Positions 47,862-58,033 of a DNA stretch of 64,000 bases are shown in pieces (position 1 is the first letter of the stretch; every line of letters begins with the position of its first letter). A program made the position numbers and the translations under genes. The stretch is from Opitutia bacterium (lineage in GTDB: Bacteria; Verrucomicrobiota; Verrucomicrobiia; Opitutales; Opitutaceae), in the NCBI GenBank assembly GCA_947478395.1, contig CANJVR010000005.1, positions 96,001 through 160,000 on the forward strand, given 5' to 3'. The notes beneath the pieces are model-generated. The model saw only the letters and a list, made by a program, of their open reading frames with translations. It did not search any database and was not told where the DNA came from.

Positions 47862-49844
47862 ATGCCCAGCCCAGAGCACAATCTCGCCGAACGTTCCGGC
47901 AACCTTTTCGAGTCCCACAAGGGCTACGACCCGCGGCTGCGTCTATACTATTTCGTTTGCGCCGTGGTCACTCTGGTTCTGACCGGCGGCCTCGCCTACC
48001 AGCAACTGATCAAGACCGATATTCATCACGAGCGAGAAAAATTCCAGAGTCAGCGGCGCGTGGTGATCCCCGGGCCGCGGGGCAACATTTATGATCGCAA
48101 CGGCCAGGTGCTCGTGCGCAACCGCCCGCGCCTCGCCGTTGTGCTTTACCTCGACGAGCTCGAGCCGGAATTTAACCGGGAATTTCGCCGCATCCGCACC
48201 AATTATCGGGAAACCGGGGAGAAGGAACTGCCGACGGCCGCCGAGATGTCCACCCTCGCCCGCATCAGCATCGTCCAAGGTTACCAAGACCAAGTGAACG
48301 AGGTCCTCGGCGTGGGTCTTCAAGTGGACGCCGCGCGCCTCAGCAAACACTTCAAAACCGAACGCGCCCTGCCGTATCCGCTGATCGAGGATCTCCAACC
48401 CTCCGACTACGCCCAGCTCATCGAGCGGCTGCCGGTCCGCTCGCCACTCCAACTCTACACGTCGAACACCCGCGAGTATCCGTTTGGCTCCGCCGCAGCC
48501 CATACCCTCGGCTATGTCGGCACGATCGAGGAGAAGGACGACAACGAACGGATCAAAACTTTCAAAGCAAAGGGCACCATCGGCCGGGAGGGACTGGAGC
48601 GTTCATTCGACGCCGAGCTGCAAGGCGAGCCAGGGAGCACGATTTTCAACGTCGATCCCGCCGGCTACAAGGTGAACAAGTCCCTCATCAAGCAGGCCCC
48701 CGTTCAGGGCAAAAACCTGGTCACGTCCCTCGACATCGACCTTCAGATCACCGCTGAGCAAACCATCGGCGATCGCACCGGCGCCGCCGTCGCGATCGAC
48801 ATCAAAACCGGTGAGGTCCTCGCGCTCTGCAGCAAACCTGATTACGACCTCAGCGAGACCGCGCCCCGCATCAGCGATGAAACTTGGAAGAGCATCATCG
48901 ACCGCGATGCCCTGCTCAATCAGGCCATCGGCGGTGCCTATCCGCCTGGATCGACCTTCAAACTTCTCACGTCAATCGCCGCGCTGCGCGCGGGCGTGGT
49001 CACACCCGATGACATTCTGATCGATTGCCAGGGCACCATGCTCATCGGAAAAACGCCGAAGACCTGTGACAACGGCCATGGCCACCACGGCGAGGTGAAC
49101 CTGAGCCAGGCGATCGCCGTGAGTTGCGATCTGTATTACTACACGCTCGGCCTGAAGACCTCGATCGAGGCCATCGCAGCTGAAGCCCGGCGGTTCCACC
49201 TCGATCAACGCACTGGGATTGAGCTTCCCCTGGAAACGAGCCGCATGCTGATCCCCGACCCCGATTGGAAAAGGCGAGTGCGCGGCGAAAACTGGTTTCC
49301 TGGTGACACGGCCAACGTTGCGATCGGCCAGGGTGACGTGCTGGTCACGCCTTTGGAGATGGCGTGTTTCGCCGCGTCGATTGCACGCGACGAAACTTTC
49401 ACCACCCCCACGCTACGGCACGATCCCAAGGCGCCGACGCAACACCACGAATCGATCGGTCTGACACCCACGCAGCGCGCCGCGCTCCTCGCGGGGATGG
49501 AGGGCTGCACGCAACCTCCGGGCACCGCGAAAATCCTGACGACGATTCCAGCGCTGCGCGTTCCCGGCGTACGCATCGCCGGCAAGACTGGGACGGCGCA
49601 GAAGGATGTCTACAAAGACGGGAAATTGCTCGGGAAAATCAACTTCGCCTGGTTCATCTGTTTCGCCCCGGCTGAAAAACCAGAGATCGCCGTCGCGGTG
49701 ATGCTGGAAGGCGACACGATCGGCGAAGGCTACGGCGGCGGTGACAACGCGGCGCCAGTGGCTAGCGCGATCCTCAAAAAATATTTCGACAAACAGGCGC
49801 ACCCCAACGTGGTCATCCAGCCGTTCAAGACGGCTGGAAACTGA
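47862..49844 (+). CDS. mrdA: Penicillin-binding protein 2
   Basis: RG.IYDRNG, R.YP.G..AAH.LGY, G.EGLE, YPPGSTFK (SxxK), SCD, IGQG, GKTGTAQ. Confidence 0.93.
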   Translation: MPSPEHNLAERSGNLFESHKGYDPRLRLYYFVCAVVTLVLTGGLAYQQLIKTDIHHEREKFQSQRRVVIPGPRGNIYDRNGQVLVRNRPRLAVVLYLDELEPEFNREFRRIRTNYRETGEKELPTAAEMSTLARISIVQGYQDQVNEVLGVGLQVDAARLSKHFKTERALPYPLIEDLQPSDYAQLIERLPVRSPLQLYTSNTREYPFGSAAAHTLGYVGTIEEKDDNERIKTFKAKGTIGREGLERSFDAELQGEPGSTIFNVDPAGYKVNKSLIKQAPVQGKNLVTSLDIDLQITAEQTIGDRTGAAVAIDIKTGEVLALCSKPDYDLSETAPRISDETWKSIIDRDALLNQAIGGAYPPGSTFKLLTSIAALRAGVVTPDDILIDCQGTMLIGKTPKTCDNGHGHHGEVNLSQAIAVSCDLYYYTLGLKTSIEAIAAEARRFHLDQRTGIELPLETSRMLIPDPDWKRRVRGENWFPGDTANVAIGQGDVLVTPLEMACFAASIARDETFTTPTLRHDPKAPTQHHESIGLTPTQRAALLAGMEGCTQPPGTAKILTTIPALRVPGVRIAGKTGTAQKDVYKDGKLLGKINFAWFICFAPAEKPEIAVAVMLEGDTIGEGYGGGDNAAPVASAILKKYFDKQAHPNVVIQPFKTAGN

Positions 49845-50027
49845 CCGGCGAAGTCCGGACCGTATCGCGCCCCTCAACCACGCCCGCGTTGCGCCCGCGC
49901 GATGCTGCGGCGATTCGAGCAGCCGTTCTCCCACGCTCATGCCTAGTCGTTCTAGGGTTCTAATCCGAAAACCCTCGTGAACGAGGCGGATTAGGGGAAC
50001 GAGAGCGTCGGCCAACGTCGGCGGCCC

Positions 50028-50837
<810 letters not shown>

Positions 50838-51010
50838 AATTAGGGTGGGATAACGCGCTCCAACTTCAGTAGCCGGGGTGACACTGGGCGGACGCAGCGC
50901 AGCCCCCGTTGTGGTTACAACAGACATAAATGCGAGCCCGGATCGAAGGGTCCTGCATCCAGCACCGCCCGCCGCTTCCGACGGAAATCAAAAAGCTACC
51001 GAATTTTTCG

Positions 51011-51712
51011 TTACTCCGCCAAAATCTCCAGCATCCGCGAAAACAGCCGGTTCACTTTTGCCTGATTGTCTTTCACGAGGTCCTTGAACTTCGCGAAATC
51101 GATTTCGGTGCCTTCGAGGCCGTTCGCGTAATTATCGATGATCGCGAGTGAATTATAGCGCAGCCCGATTTCGCCGCAGAGGTCCGCCTCGTGCGCGGCC
51201 GTCATGCCGACCACATCGCCCCAGTGCTGCACGATCTTGATCTCCGCTTTCGTCTCGAAGCGCGGGCCGCGCATCTGCACGTAAACTTTACCCGGGGAAA
51301 TCGAAAATTCCGGCGCGAGCTTTTCCCGCAACATCGGAATCAAGTTATTCGCGATGCCCGGCGCGCCGCCTTTGAGCTCCTTGTCAAAAAAAGTCTGCGG
51401 CCCCTGCTGCAAACCGACGTAGTCGCTGCAAGACACCATCGTGCCCGGCGGCAGATCTTTCTTCAGCGAGCCGACCGAGTTGAGCGAAACGATGTCTTGA
51501 TAACCGAGATCGGCGAGCGCGCGGATGTTGGCGCGGTAGTTAATCGAGTGCGGCGGCAGCGGAAACGCGTAGCCGTGGCGGTTGATCAAGACGAAGTCGC
51601 CCTTGGTCTTGTAGGTGACGGGACCGTAGTTCGTCTCGATCGTTTTGACCTCCCAAGCCGCGAACAGCGAGGAGTTGACGATGCTGGTGCCACTGATGAA
51701 AGCGACTTTCAT
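51011..51712 (-). CDS. MTAP-family purine nucleoside phosphorylase
   Basis: RHG....PPH.INYRANI.AL, SVGSL, GPRFET.AE, DVVGMT...EA.L. Confidence 0.9.
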   Translation of the reverse strand: MKVAFISGTSIVNSSLFAAWEVKTIETNYGPVTYKTKGDFVLINRHGYAFPLPPHSINYRANIRALADLGYQDIVSLNSVGSLKKDLPPGTMVSCSDYVGLQQGPQTFFDKELKGGAPGIANNLIPMLREKLAPEFSISPGKVYVQMRGPRFETKAEIKIVQHWGDVVGMTAAHEADLCGEIGLRYNSLAIIDNYANGLEGTEIDFAKFKDLVKDNQAKVNRLFSRMLEILAE

Positions 51713-51806
51713 GGTCCGACCATCGTGCGCGGTCCCGCCGAGAACAAACGATTTCTTGAAGTGAATCGCCGCTGCTCTTCAGTTCGCGGCTACCTTTCGA
51801 CCCACT

Positions 51807-52778
51807 ATGCCCCTGATCGACCAACCCCTCGACGAACTTCGCGTTTACGCGGGCCGCAACCCTCGGCCCGCCGATTTCGACGCGTACTGGGGCGCCGCTC
51901 TCCGCGAACTCGACGCCACCGATCCCAAACCCGAACTGCGCCCGAGTACTGCGATTGCCACGCACCACGCCGAATGTTTCGACCTGTGGTTCACCGGGGT
52001 CGGCGGCGCTCGTATCTACGCTAAATATATCCGGCCGAAGCATGACCCGGCCGGCGCCAAACGTCCCGCCGCGATTCAATTTCACGGTTACTCCGGCAAC
52101 AGCGGCGACTGGATGGACAAGCTCGGCTACGCCAGCGAAGGACTCTGTTACGCCGCGATGGACTGCCGCGGACAAGGCGGACGCTCCGAGGACACTGCCT
52201 CCGTAAAAGGCCCGACCTTGCGCGGCCATATCGTGCGCGGCCTCGACGATCCCGATCCGCGCAAATTGGCGTTCCGGCAAATCTTCCTCGATGCCGTGCA
52301 ACTCGCGCGCGTCGTCATGAATCTCCCCGAGGTCGACCCCGCACGCGTGGGTTGCTTCGGGAATTCGCAAGGAGGAGCGCTCACCCTCGTGTGTGCCGCG
52401 CTCGAACCACGCATCAAACGCGCCGCGCCGGTCTTCCCGTTTCTGTGCGACTACCAGCGCGTGTGGGAAATGGATCAGGCCAAGGACGCTTACCAGGAGT
52501 TGCGCGAATTTTTCCGGCTCTTCGATCCGCGGCATGAACGCGAAGCGGAGATTTTCTCACGACTCGGCTATATCGATTGCCAGCATTTCGCGTCCCGCAT
52601 CGAGGCCGAGGTACTGATGTTCACCGGCCTGATGGATACCATTTGTCCGCCGAGCACCCAGTTTGCCGCTTACAATAAGATCACCGCGCCGAAGAATATG
52701 GTGATCTATCCCGACTTCGCGCACGAGCCTCTCCCCGGTCAGGCTGATCGCACATTTAATTTCATGCTGGGGTTGTGA
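51807..52778 (+). CDS. Acetyl xylan esterase / cephalosporin-C deacetylase (CE7)
   Basis: P.DFD.YW, FHGY, DCRGQGG, nucleophile GNSQGG, PFLCD, D.ICPPSTQFAAYN, HE. Confidence 0.93.
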   Translation: MPLIDQPLDELRVYAGRNPRPADFDAYWGAALRELDATDPKPELRPSTAIATHHAECFDLWFTGVGGARIYAKYIRPKHDPAGAKRPAAIQFHGYSGNSGDWMDKLGYASEGLCYAAMDCRGQGGRSEDTASVKGPTLRGHIVRGLDDPDPRKLAFRQIFLDAVQLARVVMNLPEVDPARVGCFGNSQGGALTLVCAALEPRIKRAAPVFPFLCDYQRVWEMDQAKDAYQELREFFRLFDPRHEREAEIFSRLGYIDCQHFASRIEAEVLMFTGLMDTICPPSTQFAAYNKITAPKNMVIYPDFAHEPLPGQADRTFNFMLGL

Positions 52779-53181
52779 GGTGCTGGAGCAGTTGCGGATT
52801 CGGTGCGAGCGCGCAACCCACCCCGGGGCTCTGCACTCCAGCCGCCGCCCTAAAATCCTGGCGCCGACGCTTGCGACGCTTCCTCGAAAAGCTGCCGGTT
52901 CATCTCGCCGCGCTCGGCGGCCAGTGACGTCATGCGCCATGCCGAAGCTCCTTCCGCGGGCGGCACAATCTCGAATCGGTTGGGCAACTTCCGCATCGTT
53001 TCATTTGGAGGAGAAGCGACCGTTGGAGCGGAATGGGAACCCGCCAATCCAAAATTTGCATACCCCTCTTTACGAGGACCTCTCCGCCAAAGTTCCCTTT
53101 CGAGAATGAGGCCAATCGGGCGGGATGGGTTTCGGCTGCCTCGCGAGATTAACCTTAAACAACCTCACGCGCACCCCACGT

Positions 53182-53394
53182 TCACGGGGATCGGATGCGT
53201 TCCGTGAAACGGATCTGATGCCAGTGCGGATAGGCCTTCGCCGTAGCGTTGGCCGGCTCGAGCTTTGCCTCCTGTGCCGTCGTGAGGTTCCAGCCCGATC
53301 GCGCTGAGATTTTGGCGAAGCTGGTACTCGTCTCCGTGCCGAAACTGAGCACCGGCACCTTGAATCCAGAAGCGCGGAGCTTTCGCTATTCCAG
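53182..53394 (-). pseudogene. Aldo/keto reductase remnant (N- and C-termini joined by a large internal deletion)
   Basis: LE*RKLRASGFKVPVLSFGT, then DEYQLRQNLSAIG in a shifted frame, then WNLTTAQEAKLEPANATAKAYPHWHQIRFTER; resembles both ends of AKR proteins (MEYR.LG.SG.KVPVLSFGT ... EQLRQNLGA.GW.LT..Q...LD.AS....YPYWHQ). Confidence 0.75.
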
Positions 53395-53504
53395 GGCGAA
53401 AAAAGCTTGGGCGATCACGCAAACCGAGTTTTCGCCGCTGGCGATGGGCGCATCGAAAGAAACGCGAGCCCCGCCTTGACGGGACTCGCGCCACTTCGAA
53501 TCCC

Positions 53505-53873
53505 TCAATTCGTGATATCGAAAGTCGTGCTTTCCTGGCGAATCGGCAAGTAGGCCTCGTACCATTTCTTCTGCGCGGCGCTGCCGGTGTAATCTTTCAG
53601 CGCCTGCTCGTCGGCGAATTCCATCGCGAAAGCAAAGCCGCGATCGCCCTGCACCTTGATCGGCTTCGTCCACACGCGCACGATCCCTTTGAACGCCGCT
53701 GGTAGACCCTTCACTCCGTCCATCGCGGCCTGAATTTGCGCAGGCTTGGTATCGGCATTCCAGGAAACGGTCACGACATGGATCACCGATTTGGGCGCGG
53801 TCTCAGCCGCGAAGGCCGCCGAGCCGAAGGCGAGCAAGACAGACGTAGAAACGATCGACAGTAATTTTTTCAT
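53505..53873 (-). CDS. Dabb (stress-responsive alpha/beta barrel) family protein, secreted
   Basis: Signal peptide MKKLLSIVST...AFA; VIHVV.V.W, L....GI, F.MEFADE.AL..Y. Confidence 0.8.
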   Translation of the reverse strand: MKKLLSIVSTSVLLAFGSAAFAAETAPKSVIHVVTVSWNADTKPAQIQAAMDGVKGLPAAFKGIVRVWTKPIKVQGDRGFAFAMEFADEQALKDYTGSAAQKKWYEAYLPIRQESTTFDITN

Positions 53874-54270
53874 ATTGGATCTGATTGGGAGCTGGCCCGC
53901 CTTCCGGGCGGGAAAAGAGCACTCCGCTGGCTCGCGGAACGATTGGCGAACCCAATTTCCTGCGGAAGAATTTTTCCGGGAAATTCCAAACGAAGCGCGC
54001 CAGTCGACCATCTCCAGCACGCGATGGTTGTAACTGCCCCCGCTGAAAAGCGCGCCGGTCCGCCGATTCAGCGCGACCAGGGGGAGCCGACGCCCGTCGT
54101 TGGGATTCGAAATATGCAGCGCGCGATTCCGCCCGCAACACAACGGACCGGCTGGCCTAAAAATCATGGCGCAAAAACCACGAATTCGTTTGCAATGCCG
54201 GCTGCGGACTTGCACGACGACACGTGTCCGCATTTGCCTTGGTTTACTATCCTTCCCGATCCTAGCTCGC

Positions 54271-57200
54271 ATGAAATCCCGATTCCCCCACCTCCTGCTG
54301 CGCGCCATTCCGGCGACTTTCGCTGGCACGATGTTCCTTTGCAGCGCTTGGGCCCAAACGCCCGCGGTCAACGGAACGCCTCAACCACCCACCGCCGCGC
54401 CGGCGCCCAAAAAGGCGATCCCCGTTGAAACGACGCCGTCTGCCGCGCCCAAAGCTGACGAGACGCTGGTGTTGTCTCCTTTCGAAGTCGTGTCCGACGC
54501 GAAAGGTTACTTCCAATCGAATACGATGTCGGGCACCCGGCTCAACTCGAAGATCGAGGACTTGGGCCAGTCGATCACCGTGATGACGAAGGAGCAGATG
54601 ACCGACTTCGCGATGCTCGATATCAACGATGTGTTCGATCACATGGCGAGCACCGAGGGCACCGGATCCTACTCCCAGTTCGACACCGACCGCACGGGCG
54701 CCGTGGTCGACCAGGTGAGCCTCAATCCGAACAACGCCAACCGCGTGCGCGGCATCGGCAGCGCCAATATCGCGTTCAATAATATCCAGATGTCAGGTCG
54801 CGTCCCGTTGGATCCGCTCTGGATTGACTCGCTCGAGTTGAGCCGCGGACCCAACGCCAACATTTTCGGCCTGGGCAACGCTTCCGGCACGGTCAATCAG
54901 GTCCCGGCCACCGCCAACCTCAGCCGCAATTTCACCCGCGTGGAATTCCGCGGTGACAGCTATGATGGCTGGCGCACCTCGCTCGACGCGAACCGGGAGC
55001 TGATCAAGGGCAAGCTGGCGGTGCGCGCGAGTTACTCCAATCAGCGCACCGGATTCGAGCGCAAGCCCTCTGGCGAAAGTGCCCGCCGGCTCAGTGCACA
55101 ACTCAAGTTCCGGCCGTTCCAAAACACGACGCTGGCGCTCTCGTGGTACAATTTCAAAAATGCGACCAACCGGCCCAACTTCACGACTCCACGTGATTAT
55201 TACACCGATTGGTTCAGGAATGGGCAACCGGGTTGGAATCCTGTCACCCGCCTCGTCACTTTCGCCGACGGACGAGTGATGGGGCTTGGGAATGTCCCCG
55301 GTTCCACCACGCCGTATACGGCCAACCCGAGCTTCTTCACCGGCGGCGCGGAGAGTCGTTCGCCTTTCCAGATCGGCGCCCCGGGCCAAGCCCCGTATTG
55401 GACCATGGCGCGATACACGTCTAATCCCGCGACCCCGGCCGGGAATAATTTTTCAGTGACCGACCCGTTTGCGTCGGCGGCCTCGGGTATCGGCCTTTTG
55501 ACCACGGGTCCGTCCGAAACATTCAGCTCCACGCAGCAGCCGCTCTACAATTCTGTGGCCCGCCCCATCTATGATAAGTCGATCTACGACTATTCAAAAA
55601 TCAATTTGGCGGGCAACGGGAAGGCCTGGGACGACGTGGATACCTACATGGCCCAGCTCGACCAAATTATCCTCAACACCCCCAAGCAGACCCTGGCGGC
55701 CCAAGCGACCTTCCTGCGGGAGGATTCCAAGCGCCTGGAAAACCAGCCCATGGGCCCCGCGAGCGTGAACAGCAATGTCGGCCAGCTCCAAGTCGACGTG
55801 AACCAGGTCTATCTGGACGGCACGCCCAATCCCTATTTCGGCCGGCCCTACCTGCGGAGCAGCGAACCCTTCCTGCGGAACAAGCCCTTGTTGTGGGATA
55901 CCGCACGGGCTCAGGTCGCCTACAAGGTCGATTTTTCTCAGGATAAGGGTTGGAGCAAGTGGCTCGGCACCCAGCAGCTCCTCGGCTATTACGAATACAA
56001 GGATCAGAAGAATTATTCTTACACCTATCGGCACACCGCGCTGGGCCTCGACAAGGGCTGGGAGCAAAAATATGCGAACACGCTGCTCGGCCTCCAGACC
56101 GTGACCAACACCGATCCGAGGTATCTGATCAACGGCAACGCCATTGTCCCCGGCAACTATGACCGGCTCAACGAACAATACTATGTCGGTAGTATCCGCG
56201 GCGGTCCCGTTCAATACGCCCCGAATCTTTTCCCGGAAGGCGCGAGTGTTCCTTATGTCTGGGGACCCTCCTCTGACGCTATGATCAAGGATGTTTCAGC
56301 CGTTGGCTTCACGCCGGCTCAGGGTGGCGGTCTCAACAACCTCAACGAAGTCGTTAAGACCGTCGGTGGCGTACTCCAGAGCAGCTTCCTCGCTAACCGA
56401 CTGGTGGCGACGTTCGGGATGCGCCAGGACACCGTGAACGATCGCAATGCTCCGCTCGCCTTGATGACCTCGGACTTGCGCGCCTATAACTTCGCGGCGG
56501 ACAATACGTGGGTGGGCCCTTGGCGCGTCGCCAAAGGCAAAACGAAGTTCACCTCGGTCGTGGCTCGTCCATTCCAGGATCTCAGGTACTTCCGATCCGA
56601 CGACAAGACCGGCGTCAGCCGGTTTCTGGCCCAGGCGGTCAACAGCCTCAGCCTCACCTTCAACAAAGCAGATAACTTCGTCGCGCAGGGCCCGGCCTTC
56701 GATCTGTTCCTCAAGCCGCTGCCCAACCAAACCGGCACGAGCAAGGATCTCGGTTTCTGGATGACGGTGCTGGATGGAAAACTCTCCATTCACTACACGC
56801 ATTTCGACACCAAGCAGAACGATCTCCGCAACGGGGACATCAGCACGATGGCCCAGCGCATCCTGCGGTACGAAGGATTTGTCGCGAACGATTCCTACAA
56901 CTTGAGGACTCAGGCGACGGCGTGGATCAGCGGGCTCGCCACCGGCGGAACCGCCACCAACGAGCAGATTGCCGCGGCGATCAAGATGCCGATCGACCAG
57001 TACAACGGGCTGCAGAAAATTGCCGCCAACAACACCTATGCCGCAGTGAATAACTCGCAGTCCAAGGGCCATGAGCTTGAAATCAACTTCAACCCCACTC
57101 GCTATTGGACGATCAGTGCGTCGGTCACCAAAACCACGGCGCTGAACACGGGTTCGGGCGGAGCGGTGGACGACTATATCGCGGCGCGCCTCCCCGTCTG

Positions 57201-57879
57201 GAACACGCTCGAAGACCCGCGCTACACCAACACCACGCAAACCATCGGTGGTGTGACAACGGCCTATGTGACTCCCCCCGCGGCTGCCCTCCCGACCGGC
57301 ACCACCGGCCACTTGCTTTGGTGGAATGTCCTGGGCGCGCCCTTCACCACGCTGTCCGGCTACAATGCCACCCAGTCGGCCGCGTTGAACTTCGCCGGGA
57401 ACGTCGATGCGCCGATGTCCGTGTTTCGCGCCCTCATCGGCCGTCCGCTGCCCCAGCAGCGCGAATATTCCACCAAATTCAACACGCGGTATCAGCTGGC
57501 TGGTATGTTCAATAACCGGGTCCTCAAGGCCATGAGTGTGGGTGGCTCGTTGCGCTACTCCAGCCGGGGTTCCATCGGATTCTACGGCCTCGGGTTTACG
57601 CAGGGCATGGACCTCACTCTCCCCGCGAACAAGATCGTGCGGCTCGATCCAGATCGTCCGATCTACGCGGCGCCCGAGGTGTACGTCGACCTGTTGTTGA
57701 GCTATCGAACCAAGTTCTTCCGCGACAAAATCGGAGCGAGCTTCCAGCTCAACGTGAAAAACCTGCAGGAAAGCAGTGTGCGTTTACAGAAAACGAGCGC
57801 CTTCTTCGACGGTCGAGCCTCGGCCTACCGTATCGTCGACCCGCGACAGTTCATCCTGAGCGCGACCTTCGATCTGTAA
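54271..57879 (+). CDS. TonB-dependent receptor (large type)
   Basis: Signal peptide; LSPFEV...GY....TMSGTRLN....D....I.V.T.E...D plug; RVRG, RGPNA..FG.G; C-terminal FQLNVKNL...PRQFILSATFDL. Confidence 0.92.
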   Translation: MKSRFPHLLLRAIPATFAGTMFLCSAWAQTPAVNGTPQPPTAAPAPKKAIPVETTPSAAPKADETLVLSPFEVVSDAKGYFQSNTMSGTRLNSKIEDLGQSITVMTKEQMTDFAMLDINDVFDHMASTEGTGSYSQFDTDRTGAVVDQVSLNPNNANRVRGIGSANIAFNNIQMSGRVPLDPLWIDSLELSRGPNANIFGLGNASGTVNQVPATANLSRNFTRVEFRGDSYDGWRTSLDANRELIKGKLAVRASYSNQRTGFERKPSGESARRLSAQLKFRPFQNTTLALSWYNFKNATNRPNFTTPRDYYTDWFRNGQPGWNPVTRLVTFADGRVMGLGNVPGSTTPYTANPSFFTGGAESRSPFQIGAPGQAPYWTMARYTSNPATPAGNNFSVTDPFASAASGIGLLTTGPSETFSSTQQPLYNSVARPIYDKSIYDYSKINLAGNGKAWDDVDTYMAQLDQIILNTPKQTLAAQATFLREDSKRLENQPMGPASVNSNVGQLQVDVNQVYLDGTPNPYFGRPYLRSSEPFLRNKPLLWDTARAQVAYKVDFSQDKGWSKWLGTQQLLGYYEYKDQKNYSYTYRHTALGLDKGWEQKYANTLLGLQTVTNTDPRYLINGNAIVPGNYDRLNEQYYVGSIRGGPVQYAPNLFPEGASVPYVWGPSSDAMIKDVSAVGFTPAQGGGLNNLNEVVKTVGGVLQSSFLANRLVATFGMRQDTVNDRNAPLALMTSDLRAYNFAADNTWVGPWRVAKGKTKFTSVVARPFQDLRYFRSDDKTGVSRFLAQAVNSLSLTFNKADNFVAQGPAFDLFLKPLPNQTGTSKDLGFWMTVLDGKLSIHYTHFDTKQNDLRNGDISTMAQRILRYEGFVANDSYNLRTQATAWISGLATGGTATNEQIAAAIKMPIDQYNGLQKIAANNTYAAVNNSQSKGHELEINFNPTRYWTISASVTKTTALNTGSGGAVDDYIAARLPVWNTLEDPRYTNTTQTIGGVTTAYVTPPAAALPTGTTGHLLWWNVLGAPFTTLSGYNATQSAALNFAGNVDAPMSVFRALIGRPLPQQREYSTKFNTRYQLAGMFNNRVLKAMSVGGSLRYSSRGSIGFYGLGFTQGMDLTLPANKIVRLDPDRPIYAAPEVYVDLLLSYRTKFFRDKIGASFQLNVKNLQESSVRLQKTSAFFDGRASAYRIVDPRQFILSATFDL

Positions 57880-57904
57880 CGGTGGTCACTTGATGACCGG
57901 ACCC

Positions 57905-57936
57905 GCCGCCACCCGAAAGGGGGCGGCGTTTTTTTT
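57905..57936 (+). terminator. Rho-independent terminator after the TonB-dependent receptor
   Basis: gccgcc-a-ccc-gaaa-ggg-ggcggc followed by a T8 tract. Confidence 0.85.
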
Positions 57937-58033
57937 GCCGTAAAAATCGCATGACGTCCTGGCGCACCACCCGTGGGCAAGAGAGCAAACGTCTTGCCCG
58001 GAAACGGCGCGGACGGTTCGCTGCGGCGTGACG

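Noticed and set aside
49845..50027. Absence of rodA after mrdA, and of pal/tolA beside tolB, as a novelty
   Set aside because: Split operons are common; the genes probably lie elsewhere in the genome
50847..50864. Half REP1-like motif (reverse complement gttggagcgcgttatccc) upstream of the TonB-C gene; also gtagggtgattatc at 6761
   Set aside because: Only one arm matches and no hairpin forms; too weak to list as a feature
52850..52996. Small minus-strand ORF MRKLPNRFEIVPPAEG...
   Set aside because: Protein-like but unrecognised; no supporting signals
53960..54100. Cobalamin riboswitch upstream of the TonB-dependent receptor (actgcccccgc at about 54033)
   Set aside because: Lacks the following ACTGT, a properly spaced GGGAA..GGTG..AATCC and the AGYCAGRAGACC box; an Infernal scan would settle it
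53874..54371. N-terminal extensions in the ORF track (Dabb to 54371, receptor from 54100, GH28 to 62420, greA from 26361, mreD from 47031)
   Set aside because: Downstream ATGs give proper signal peptides or family-typical N-termini, and the extensions overlap other features
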